From the NCBI RefSeq assembly GCF_000150275.1, contig NW_002060943.1:8707070-8771069 (forward strand): a DNA stretch of 64,000 nt, given 5' to 3'. This DNA comes from Trichoplax adhaerens. Taxonomy: Eukaryota; Animalia; Placozoa. Within the stretch, counting starts at the first letter, position 1. The number at the start of each line of letters is the position of its first letter. The position numbers were made by a program, and so were the translations under genes. A model generated the notes under the pieces. It was not told where the DNA came from. It did not search any database and saw only the letters and a list, made by a program, of their open reading frames with translations. Shown here one piece after another: positions 51,501-64,000 of the stretch.

Positions 51501-52411
51501 ATCCTTTTAAACATGCTTAATTTATTTTGAATTATCATCTTACTGTAGGCTGCTATGTTAAACTGAAAATAATTTTACTGTACCGTCATGAATTCTCTAG
51601 TTGTAATCTCACTAACATGTGTCCTTTACAACGACGTGTTAACTTGCGTTAAATAGTCAAACTTATTTTGTGTCGTACATTATAAACAGGTACAAAAAGT
51701 CAAGTACTTGCACTACCGAAACAGCAACTTCAAATAGCGGCTACAAAGAAATTGATATCAATCACATGTATGGAGTGTTTGTTTTAGTTCTTTGTGCGAT
51801 TGGAATAAGTCTTATAGTCCTGTGCATCGAATGGATAATAGCCTTAAAGGGGGATATCGATCCATCAGATCCAACGGTACATGATTTTAAGCTGTTTTGC
51901 TAACTTTTAAGTTCTTTTACTTAATTCAATAAAACAAAGTCATAATTAATGTATAGTATATATATAATACAGCATTGTATCAAAAAAGAAAACGAATTTA
52001 TTTGGAATTTCGTAACTTAAACCAATAGATTTTCAAATAATTCATATTTTTATAGTCTGCTGCTATAGATAGCAATATACGGTTTACTCATTATATGTAT
52101 ACGTATACATACCTACGGAGGTCCAGTCTCATAATTTATAATTTAAGGAAAAATTAGACGATATCAGTAACTTTATAACAGAGAGCTACTTTTGATAGAG
52201 GAAATACTGGAACATATTGTAACCGATGTTATATATTTATTAAATTTTTTAGAAACCTCAAACATTTTCTGACGCCATGCGTCTACGATTTCGAAAATAC
52301 AAAATGGTATCTAAAATATATGGTGATATTGATGAAGTTACAGCAAATCCGGAAAAAATAAATGAGATTATTGCCTTAAGAAAAAGAGCTTCTTCTCAAA
52401 TACAGTGCTAA
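42309..52411 (+). CDS. Ionotropic glutamate receptor-family subunit, copy 2 (14 coding exons; glycine-type ligand-binding domain)
   Basis: Signal peptide MMKPLNSSFLVIYVFVTLLGFGIRAPVIAVQA (42309-42426). Same exon and phase structure as copy 1. GAFSISVSR, FLQQGND, TYTANLAAF, YGTVSGSSV, YAFLWD, MYGVFVLVL. Last exon 52253-52411 ends SSQIQC*. Confidence 0.95.
42536..42565. repeat. (TA)n microsatellite in intron 1 of iGluR copy 2
   Basis: About 15 consecutive TA units. Confidence 0.9.
45315..45828 (+). repeat. Dispersed decayed repeat, copy B (in intron 3 of iGluR copy 2)
   Basis: Shares ttagacgcctttg.ttcta near the 5' end and actgtaagc.attaattgt.atcaccata.ataaatg.taattc...tcatttaattct...ttcgta.cgtgaca at the 3' end with 60085-60567. 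Confidence 0.75.
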
Positions 52412-55400
52412 ATGATGGTTAATATATATAAAACACCGATTCCCGTCGAAGCCTTGTTGTACTAGTATTCAGGCAGTCTCGGTATATGTATGTTCACTAT
52501 GCTTGTAGCCGCATCATAATATATTTTAAAGTAGTATCTCTAATGATGCCCTTCGTAATTTTAATTAATAATATTTTAAGCAAGTAAAACAACTAGTAAT
52601 GGCTTAGGTGTTACTGTTAGCTACGGATATATTTCTACTGCTGGTGCAGTTTCCGCATAATAGTTATCACTGCGCCATTTGTGGGTAAGTTTCTATAAAC
52701 AGCATATAAATAGAAGTAGATTAATTTCTTTTCCCGAGTATATTATAACGAGCATTATGTTGCTCTGTATCTAGAGTGTTATTTAATTTCGTGTTCTGAG
52801 CTTATAGAATTGCATAAAGCTATGTTCGCTAACGAACCATAGCCAATTTAGATACATTTAAGTAAATCCTTAAAAGCCAAATTTAACTAATTTCTGATTT
52901 ACGATCCTATCAAAGATCCTTAGATGGCATGATTGAAAATATTAATACATGTAAACAATAATTAATTTACAATTTGAGGAACTGATTTTGCTTTACAGTA
53001 AATTGTTTGGAACTAACGGATGACAAGATTTTTCTCTTAGTAATGTGCTAATTGTAAATGTGATAAAATAAAATACCAAGCTACTAGTAAGTGCTTAAAG
53101 TCCAAGACATAAGACTATCAGAACTGCTATTTTTCCAGCTAGAAAGTTCTTTATAACATTTAAGACATAAACTAGAAAATGCTTTCACCTTATAACATAA
53201 TTTAGGTGGACGCTTGAAGTTACTCATGTAGCCAGGCTTATGCCATGTTCCGTATTCAAGCGTATTGTCACAAACTCCCGTGTGACAAGATAACGTTGTG
53301 ATCGAATCTACGATCTCGCAATAATTCGTACGCCTTCGATTTCCGTTATACTTTTAACCTTAGGAACTACGAGCTAACTTCATATGAGTACATAATAGTA
53401 AATAGTTAGTAGTTGTTACGGAGCTATGCTCCGAAATATTAATTGCTATGTAAATTAAAATATCTCATTTAAATTGTTGTTTGCTCCGGTAGCTTATTCG
53501 ATAGTAATTCCACCCAATCGTTTAAATAGATTTTATCTACAAGCTTTTACACGCCTCTTAGAATACTACTAATCCAACTATAGATATAAATGACCTTTAA
53601 CATATCACAATTTAAATCGTACCGTCCACAATCTATATCTGGTTACATAATCTCCTCGGCTGACAATATCATTGTAGCCGCAAAGCATGCACTATTTTGG
53701 TACGGTGAGTTAGCATCGTGACACGTATTAACTAATTTTGCTTCGTCTGCGATCAAATAAATAGCTCATTTTTGAAAAATTTCAATGTCATATCATTGTC
53801 TACCTTCGAGTACTCAGAAAGAATCCATGCCTAATGGTAGAAATTTAAAGTAGTCATAATCTACTGTATATTTTAAGTATGGGATTTAGGATGGGTACGA
53901 GTAAGCGACAGTTTCTTGGCGCGTATGTCCATATTTTCATTAAAATTGCAATTTACAATGTTTATTGCGCTTGTCATCTAAGCTAATCATAACTTTACTT
54001 ATACTTATACAAGATAATGCAATGTATCTAATAAGTTGTTACAAAACAGCTTTGCAACAAGATAACGTAATGTGCGATCAACTAGTTATCAGGGAGCAAT
54101 ATCTACTCTTTCAGGATTACTTTTCCTAGACCAGTAGACCACAAAAAGACTTAGACGCTTCGTATCTTACCTTAAACACTAATCTTAAGAACTCCTTTTA
54201 TTACACGATATATCGCATTTATATACTCTTTTACAATAGCAAAGACATCCTAGTTAGTAATATTAACGTTAGAATCTGCTGATGAATGAAAAGCTAATTT
54301 TATCTACTGCTACCTAATGAAGGCAACAGTATTTACGAACATATACATCGAATGACTAATACAAAATTGTTGGATTACAGTATGTCCTATCACAGAACAT
54401 TTCTACGATAATCAACAATTTACCACAAGTAAATTACAATCACAGTGACTTGAATTATAAGAAGATTATTCTCGATTCCCTAATCAAACTACTAATTTCA
54501 GTAGGCTGTATTTATGTATAAATTACAATAAAAGCTAGTACTATATTTAAATTTCACATATCTAAATAAGAAACTCTTCAAATAAGGGTAAATCAATAAA
54601 ATTATCCTAACATAGATATTTCTACTATAATCTAGATATTATAGTGTATAACACCGTGATATAAGTTTTAGAAAAAAACTAGTACAAACTCACGTCGCTT
54701 TTCTGACGGTTTACGATAACGTACCCATTTGTTAATAATTAACAGATAGTATTACCATTCGACATTATACATATCCCGGTAATAGCCAGGCACTACTATA
54801 TTCACAGCTATGCTTGTAGAATACTACTTTTAAATAATGCACTCACGGATGAAATACTATGAAATGCTATATTAAGATTAGTTAATGGTCCAAAGCACAT
54901 TATGATAACTAATGTACGGTGATGGACATACCAAGTTAAGATTAGCAGGTACTGTAAGATATTGACAGTGCGGTAGAATGTCCTTAGTACTGTGGTCAAT
55001 TCTATACCAATCATCATAATGTGTCTAAGGGTCGCTGTCGTATGCAAGCAAAGCTTGCTCTGTCGATAACAACCGTTATAAGAAAATGTAACAATCAAAA
55101 TGGCTGTGTAGAAAACTCTATAAAGATTCTATGTTTATTCAATTTTCATCAGAGTATTACATGAAATCAAAATTTAAAGGCCCAGTGGCCATCCTGAGCG
55201 ATATAACGAATACTATTTTAAAATCAGTACTCTGCAGAAATGACTACCTTAAAGCTATTCGTTTTACATGAAGAAATCTTGAGGTTAAAAGTACTAAGAA
55301 TCTTATACTGACCTATTGAAATGAACCCATAATCACAGTCATCTAACAGTAGTATAAAAATCCCCGCGCTGCTCGTTTAAAGGCTAGGTGAGTGGGATTT

Positions 55401-57665
55401 GTAGTAGAAGTTAAACTTTAACTTCAGAGTGTATTTTAGATAGGATGGTCAATCTATCTGTGTATTGCTGCCCAACATTGGCTTAAGATTAAAATAATGA
55501 GATTGCACGAAAATAATTCTTAAGTTATGCATTTGATTGTAAGATTTTGCTAGCTTCTATCACATCATTAGAGGATTATATAGCACATATCGTAGCTTTT
55601 TACAATGATAAATATATAAGAACTTTTAGATATTAATACTGTAAACTGCGCTAATTAATTTAATACACTGAATTGAGCGTAACGCTTAGAATCAAAAGGA
55701 ATGGTTTACGGTAGATCAAGCGAATTTAGTTTGATCTTGTGATTAGTTGGCGAGATGTGATTGCATATGCTAAAATAATCGTGTAACAAATTGTACAATA
55801 ATGTCCATAAAGCTGTGGATAATTGAGTATCGATAGTTGCTAATATAGTTAGGCGCATCAAATTTTATGCAATAAAGTGAATTTTGCAAGAAACAATTAT
55901 AATGGTTCTTGCGTTAACATTTCGAAAACACAAAAATGGATGGAAGTTGTAGCTGTATATCCTATATCCTTATTGATCCTTTGTGAAAATTAGGCGTTGA
56001 TATACAATGTGAAATACGATATAATCTCGTATAAGTGATCGAAGGCTACTCCAATCTTAAAATACAAACCTGAACGTAATAGCAGTCAGACTGTTACAAT
56101 TCGGTACACTGAATAGTTTATCTAAGGTACAAATCCATCTAATTTGGATCTTACGCCTACTAAAACTGGTGCTAAAGTCTTATTTCGAAAGTAATTCTTT
56201 GAATATTATTGATATCTGAGATGTGTTGAGTTTAAACCTAAAGTTGATGGCTCCCGATTCATTGAGTGACGTGATATTTGGATAACGGACATTGGCTGTA
56301 GCATATACACTGCTTTACTCAAGCCGAATGCAACGACTAAATGCTTCTAGAAAGAGCTACTAGAATAATCTAAGTTATCATCCTATATACTGTGCTTTTC
56401 GCAGCTTTCCCAGCTACAATCAGCATAGCAATATTCTACCATATTTTACACAAATTCAGATTATCATTAGTAACAACTATTTACAGCCGACCATTATTAA
56501 TCCAATATGGAAGCTACTACTGCTTTTACGTAGACATTATTTCTATCAATTATAGTACGATAAACTAACCATATCCTAAAATATAATTACCCTACTATTT
56601 TTATTTCTAACATTAACGATAACTCAACACCCTACTGTATATAGTTATTTGTACTCTATAGAATCTTTCATTACAGTCTATGGTTATGAGCCGCTAAATA
56701 TGTCTTAAGATAAATGTAGAAAGTCACGCTACCGTATATCATACTAAACGTGACTAATAGTTTATAATCCCAATAATAAGTTACGTGACAAGTGAATAAC
56801 TGCAATTTGAAAGAACTAAACGGAGACAACGCTTTATTTTACTGGTTATACAAATATATATATATACCGCCAATACAGGTATCTTCGATACGCAATACTA
56901 TTGCATGATCATGAATTTGAAATTATTGATTACTTTATTTCAGTTCATTTGCATACTTTGTTAGTAACATTCTATTTCTATTATCCCTGGATCATTCTTT
57001 GTGATACAGTGATTTTCTTTATACAACAAGATTGAAAGGATATATAAAAATATTTGGAAAACTTTTATGATGATAATTATCATAAATCTACTGTGGACAC
57101 AAGAAATTAAAATAATTATTTATTAAAATTTGTTTGTCTGCTATTTCAGCCTTCTTTTATCCCGCCAACTGATTTTCAATAATTCTCTTTTTAATTTGTC
57201 ACTTCATAACTCTAAATAATTTTATGACCTTACCTCTTATTGTTAGACAATATCATTCATCAAAACTATTTCTTGTACTCTAAATTAATGAATCAAAATC
57301 ACGGCCGAAATCTAATTAAGATCACACATAATTTACGGTGATTTTTGCAATTTTTCTTATGCAATTATATCATTTTAATTATTCATAAGCAATTGTAGTA
57401 CTGTACAGCATATTGGGAGCTAAGACATTCATGATACAGCAGACGTTAATTGTTTATTTTCATTAAGAATTAATTGCTCGTGATGTACTTTGGATATATG
57501 CCAACTTAAGAATCGTTCCACTTAGTTAGTTCGTTAATATCACACAGAAAATATCATGTATTACTGCCATTGAAGTATAATAATTACCATCTACTTTTAC
57601 TTTATCATCATCGATTAATTTGATCGATATATTTCTTGGCCTCGTAACAAGGAAAAGAAGATAAA

Positions 57666-60600
57666 ATGGTCAATACTCTAGTCCACCGTTTTATTATTTT
57701 CGTAATCTTGTCTAATCTTTACCATTCTCCTACCGTTCAAGCAGACATTCACATTCCATTAGGTAAGACAACAAGCTTGTTCTTGTTACAACTGATTCTT
57801 TCATCAGCGAAAATTTTGACCCTTTGTCGTTTGAAAATGATCCATGTTTGATTTATAAATGATATTACGATGGTAATAGATATAAAAAGCGATAATCGTA
57901 CTAAAAGACTGAAATTGGAAGTTCATTTCCGATCAAGCATTATTAGTTTATGGATAGATTTAATAATGTCGTGAAAGTATGCACTAGTTCTTTATAGTAA
58001 ATCGATCAATCAATTAATAGCTCAATTCAGTTTAAAACTGCCACTTCTATGATAAGCGCTATTCCGATTAATAGTAATTATACAGTTATATTTTCGCTCT
58101 CATTTCAATCTTCCAACTTATTACGCTTTCTGAATCTTTATGAGTCCATTAACCACGATAAATGAGACAATTAATAGTACGGAGTAGGCGATTCGTATGA
58201 AGCCTTACAAGCCCATAAAATGATGAAAATATTGGTAAAAATGAACGATCCTTTCAAAGTTCTGCTATTTACAGTTGTTAAAGAAAGAAAGTTTTGTAAA
58301 TATGCATGAGTAAGCCACAACTACCCCTTCATTTTATAGTACAAGATTACCGTAGGGTTACAAATTGGTTAAAATTCTTTACCAACTGGGTTAAAAACTA
58401 CTTTCAGTTCTACGTGAAATTTTATTAACCAGCAAAAGTTTTGGAAATATGGCTATTGGGAGTGAAATCGTTGTAATATCGAAGGCTTTGCTTTTTCTTG
58501 AATTTCTCGCATTTAAATCTAAATTTTATCATTATCATATGGCCATCATCAATCGTTTAATTGCCTCAATTTGTAGTACTTACTATCGAGGGAAGGAACT
58601 CTTGAAGTTTAGCTGTTCAATCGTACCACCTACCATCTGCATATATTTATCACCAGTTCCTCATACGTAGTTTTTCCTTTCCATTTATTGTATAGCAGTA
58701 TACTGCAAACTAGATTTTTATTTCTTCCACTTTCTCAGAGCAGCTTTATCACATATACTATGGAAATATTAATGCTGCTTATTACAATCATTTAATCAGT
58801 GATCTAGTTAATTTGTCAATCATTCTATCGATATATTTCTCCAACATTCTAGCAGTCGTATTTAAACAGAAAATTGTAGAAACTTAATATGAACATTTGG
58901 ATTATGATACTCATTAAAAACTGATTTTATCCGTTTTTTCTCGATTAAAATTATAAAGTATAGACTTAAATTTTAAGATAATTTTATTTATTGAGTTGCT
59001 GATTTCAGTAATTCTTCTGTATTAAATGTTTCAATTTGGTTGTAGTAACTATTCTTTAAAACCTGTATAAATTAGGGTAGCTCTTCAGTCATTTCATTTT
59101 TTTGGTAGACTTTTCATTTTATCGGTCTTGATCGAGTAAATTATCTAAACTTTAAATAGCAATGGCTGATCGACAATTATACAAGTTTTAACTTTATTTC
59201 CTATTCATTCTGATCTCTGACTCTCAGCTTGTTGATAATTCCGTCCGCTGGAGCGGTGTATCTCGATCTTTTATTTCATAGATAAAGTTATCATTCACCT
59301 AATCTACATCATCTACTACTTCCCATTACCTGTTTGCACATAATGCGTTAAATTTTACGAATAGATAAGTTTTATATCTTCTGATTAATTACCTTGATTT
59401 TTTAAGTTCTACTAACGGTAAAATTTTACTTTCCCCGGTCTAATATTGACATTAGATGATATCTTAAGTTTTCCGCTATTTTTAATATAGTTACGCTACT
59501 TTAACATAAATTAGAGTAGCTCCGACTGACAGAAGTAATAGCTTCTAATTTAATTCTATATTTATTTTATCACCTATTTCTCAATCTTGCTCACCGTTTG
59601 GTTGCACTTTCAATAACAAATTCTTGTAAATTATTGCTGTTCAAATTCAGATTCGTTTACACATAAAAATGATGATTTTCCAGCATTATTATATGCTTAG
59701 CTTCATTTTTCTAGAGCTTATTTTTAGTGACCATTTGGTAATTTAATCTCTGCAAAAATTCCGTGTTAGAATGTGTAAATAATATGTATTACCATATTAA
59801 CGCAGCATGTCTCTAAAGACATTATATTGTTTTACTATATTTAAATATCATATCATAACATATATCAATTTATTAATACTATTTTAATCGTTTGCATAGA
59901 TTAAAGTAAGTTAGTGGGCAGTGGCTGATGATGAAACAGTGAAGTACGGTATTCGCTCTTTCACCAAGTACTAGAACCAGAGCGGACAGCTTATATAATA
60001 TAGACTATGCCCAAATGTGCCTAAGATCATTAAACTACGAACCTAACGTAATAGTAGTGAGGTTATTACAATTATACGCCTATATACTATCTCACAATAA
60101 TTTAGACGCCTTTGCTTCTACGTTAAACAACTAGAGAAATCCAATTTTATTCTGCTATCTGCCGAGCTTAAACACTCTTTAGTAGCTAGCATGAATGAGT
60201 CACCATAAGATTATGAAAGTTAATTTATATTGGATAAATAAATTAATACAGAGATATTTATAATCGTAGATGTCCATCGAATGATTCTAGATAACTAGAC
60301 TATGGTATGTCTATTTACAGAATTATTTATGGTATGGCCTAAAATTGAGTATCTTCAGGGTATTAATCATAAGCGTCAAAAGACATAACAATATAATCAA
60401 TTAATATCAATTGCCATATAAGAACTCTTACTACAGTGCGACATAATTTACTGTAACAAATAATATCGTGGTTCTAACTGTAAGCCATTAATTGTTATCA
60501 CCATACATAAATGCTAATTCACTACATTTAGTCATTTAATTCTACACGATACTTCGTACCGTGACAATATCTAATATTAATAATAATTAATGCTTACATG

Positions 60601-63600
60601 TTCGTGTTTGTTTTGTTTAAGGCGCTATTATCGAAGAAGGAAATACAAAAGTTCGTCAAATACTCGAATTGGCTGTTGATCAGATCAATCGAAATCAAAC
60701 TCTTTTACCTAATGTTAACTTAACTATGCAATTTTATCACGCAAATATTTATCAACAGTACCGAAATTTGAAAAAAGGTAATATTCAAAAGAGTATCACT
60801 AAGAGGTCGTATATAGAGAGACATCTAGCCAGTAGAATAACTTTAGATGATATACTGTGCATTAGAAAGAGAGCTCAATTAATCGAAGCGGCGCAAAATT
60901 ACGCAAGCTTTGCGCTATTTCTTATTATGAAAGAAATATATTTTATATTTATTCACGAGATACAATTACTAAAATTTTACATATAATAATGTTCAGGTTG
61001 TCTAGCAGCTAACGATCAAGTTTGGACAATAATTGGACCGACAACATCGAGCGATGTCGAATGCGTGCAATATATGGCCACATCGGTATCCTTACCTCAA
61101 ATTGCGCCGGTTGCTTCTTACCCTGGTTTCGATAATCGACCTAGCCTGAAATATTTACTGCGTATGTCACCAAGTGATTATTGGCAAAGCAAAGTGCTGG
61201 CATCTATCTTTCAAAGTCTTAATTGGCCATATGCGGCACTACTAGCATCAAATACGGATTATGGTAAGCAACAGCTACTTGAAATATCGTAATTGCGTTT
61301 TGCAATATATTTGCTTGTGGCTAGATTGCTATATCAGCTATGGAAATTATATAATTAGTAATGCAGGATTTCATTATAGAAATATTCTTTCTTTCGTCAA
61401 TCCGGCTCTATAGCATTTCAAATAGATTTAAAAAAATAGATAAAAAAATTCCTGGCTTTATAATTTACAAAATAGTTACAATTATGATTAGAGAGAGGGG
61501 AACAGATATCTAAAACAACCAATAAAAAATCTTAAATACTAGCAGATCATCCCACGCTTTGTTGAGTAAACTACCGTAATGTCATCAGCGATAACCGACA
61601 CATATATCACATGCACATAAGAAAATTATCTTATCTAACATAGCATCTATCATTACTTTTAGGAATTAATTCTGTAGCCGAATTTCAAGTTATTGCTGCT
61701 CAGCGCGGGTGGAAAATTTTAGCATATGAAATTTTCAATGTACAGGAAACCAACGATGTAAACTTGATTCGAAAGCGCTTAAAAAAGATTCAAGACTCAG
61801 GTGAGACAAATGAATTTATTTACAAAGATTAACTCTTTACGCCGAGAATACATATAGAACGGGGAATTATTTCCAGTTTTAAATTTTACTATCCTCAATT
61901 TAAAGATAGAATCGCACAAATAATATTTGAATGAACAAATAGGATGGCAGTAGGAAATTTTGTTGACTGCAAGCTGTATTGTATAATACAGATTGCATTG
62001 GACATGATTTCGATCACAACTTTAATAGATGTGCCTGTCGCTAATCTTAATCACGGTTCATATCTAACTTCTGTCGACTTGGCATAGGAGTGCATATTAT
62101 CATCTTGATATGCTTATCATCTCAAGCTGATATTATAGTATCTCAAGCTCATAGAATGGGTCTAACATCTAAAGGATATCAGTGGCTATTCTACGATAAT
62201 ACTATTACGGAGGTACAGATCAAAAATTATAATTTACCATCACAAGTGGAGTAATATTTTCTAATTAAACTAAATATAAAATCGATTGCTAGGGACGATT
62301 GCATAGTAATCCGCCTCGTTATTTGGAAGGAGCCATTGGCATGATAAGTAATCCAAACCGCGATAATCCGGTATATCGAAAAATTGAATCTATTTGGAAG
62401 AAGGACCATACTAGTGACTTAGATGTTAGTTTCACCTAAGATCATTGCCTGGCAATTTTCATTCTTTACTGTTAACATTTTCCTATCTCTTGATCATAAC
62501 TGAATGTATTATTGATTACTCCTCCTTTTCTATAATCAGCCATTTTCATTAAGATACTATGATGCCGTCCTAGCCTTTGCCTACGGACTACAAAAGCTAC
62601 TACCTAACATAAGCAGTATAGCGCCAACAATGATGTCATGCGACAAAATAATTCCTTGGGCAAATGGAAATCTATTAATGCATAGTATCAAAACGGTATT
62701 GAAGCAAATGTTCATCATTGATCGATGATGTAGTATTAAGTTCAACAGTGATATCACAGGCTAATAGTTTTGACACAAATGGTTGTGATATAAATCGTAA
62801 ATATTACAAGATACAGTTCTGTACATACAAAGAATTAGAATGTGAATTATTAACCAATAAAAAATATTGCAATTTATAAAAGTATTCTATTACAGTGACT
62901 TAACCGTTGATATAGATATATACGATATGATAAATTTTTAATGAAAACTTATAGGTGGTAACTTTCTTGCATATATACGCAAATATCTTGTTACACAGTC
63001 TGTAGGAGCGGGAGTAACGGGTCCGATACAATTTGGTATAAATGGTTCTCCAATCAATCCATCATTTCAAATTGTCAATTTAATCAATCAAACCTGGAAA
63101 ACTGTATATGAGAATGAATGATTAATTTATTATATGAATAATATTTAAACATGAACACCGCGATTTACTAATTTAGCGATCAATTGCAGATTGGTAAATG
63201 GTCAAAAGATTCTGGTGCAAGTATCGATATCAATAAAATTGTGTATATGGGTCACAATTTAGATCCGACGATTCTCAGTACAGGGTTAAAAGGAGTCAAT
63301 TTATCCATAGTTACTACTATTGTAAGTAATAACTTTTCAATATCAATGGAAATGATGCGATATAATGAAAATATAGAATCTCCACAATATCTCTATAGCA
63401 CCTTTTACTAGCATATTCAGAAGTTAATGCTACTTTATAGGCATAGCCATAGACTACTAGAAAAAAATTTTTTAGTAGTCCATGGTAGAACGATACGGGC
63501 AGAGCCAACTGATTTTTGCTTTGATCTATATCATAATTTCAAAAAAATCATTTAAGTTGTCATCAATCCAATGGTATAAACCTTAACTTACACTTCTTTT

Positions 63601-64000
63601 CGCGTCATTAAAATACTTAAACAGGATCCTCCTTTTATGAACTTGATAAATTCGTCCGAGTTATATGGAAACAATAGATTTGAAGGAATAGTAAAAGATT
63701 TATTGGTAGAATTAAGTAAAATGCTGCAGTTTACATATAAATTGTCTCTTACTGAAGACAGAAATTATGGTAGTGTCAATGAAACTACAAATCAATGGAC
63801 TGGAATGGTTAAAAAGATAATTGACCAGGTCTGTATTTCAGATAATCTAATATTAAGATATTGAAGTAGCTTAAAGATGATTACAAGCCTAGGTTATATG
63901 AATCTCACTTAAATTCACATGTATTAACTCTACAAAATCGTTCTCTTAATTCAATCTGTATTCGTTTCATTATAGAAAGCTGATATTGCTGCTGGCGCAT
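57666..64000 (+). CDS. Ionotropic glutamate receptor-family subunit, copy 3 (5' part: signal peptide, N-terminal domain, start of S1; runs off the window)
   Basis: MVNTLVHRFIIFVILSNLYHSPTVQADIHIPLG|gtaag. Exons 60622-60777, 60997-61263, 61663-61800, 62088-62212 and onward are homologous to copies 1 and 2. FEGIVKDLL..NYGS..WTGMV; exon 11 starts at 63976 (KADIAAGA). Confidence 0.93.
60085..60567 (+). repeat. Dispersed decayed repeat, copy C (in intron 1 of iGluR copy 3)
   Basis: Collinear similarity to 45390-45828 at both ends, and to 25370-25460 (atctgccgagctta shared). Confidence 0.75.

Noticed and set aside
52420-57600. Possible extra gene between iGluR copies 2 and 3 (ORF 54808-55098; small hairpin at about 53265-53290)
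   Set aside because: No recognisable protein motif or exon chain, and the hairpin is short enough to be chance.
27204-64000. Assigning GRIN1, GRIA, GRIK or GRID symbols, or calling the N-terminal exons a metabotropic receptor
   Set aside because: Features are mixed (GluN1-like pocket, AMPA/kainate-like QQG pore, class-C-like N-terminal domain). The N-terminal exons splice in frame into S1-M1-P-M3-S2-M4 with no 7TM region. Subfamily needs a phylogeny.

Overview
This is eukaryotic, very AT-rich, intron-dense animal genomic DNA. Composition, tiny introns and gene content suggest an early-branching metazoan such as a placozoan (Trichoplax-like), but that is inference only. The ORF track mostly shows single exons or intron read-through, so genes were rebuilt by hand from splice sites. 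(1) Two head-to-head kinesin-6 (KIF23/MKLP1-like) paralogs with matching intron positions: copy A on the minus strand (about 2092-8361) and copy B on the plus strand (11006-18326). Copy A lacks the three tail exons that carry the Aurora-B/14-3-3 region and the Arf6-binding domain, and has lost the neck Cdk1 site. Each copy has its own E-box / CCAAT-N4-CHR promoter cassette. (2) A compound minisatellite (about 18790-19690). (3) An ILF2/NF45 DZF-domain gene (20059-24615, +). (4) A tandem array of three ionotropic glutamate receptor-family genes (27204-36057, 42309-52411, and 57666 to beyond 64000). The two complete ligand-binding domains carry the GluN1-type glycine signature, and all three N-terminal domains keep much of the class-C-GPCR amino-acid-binding signature. 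Also present: three GC-AG introns, a dispersed decayed repeat that translates to LRR-like peptides, and palindromic TACAGT-rich clusters upstream of genes. No CRISPR array, rRNA, tRNA or autonomous transposon was recognised.
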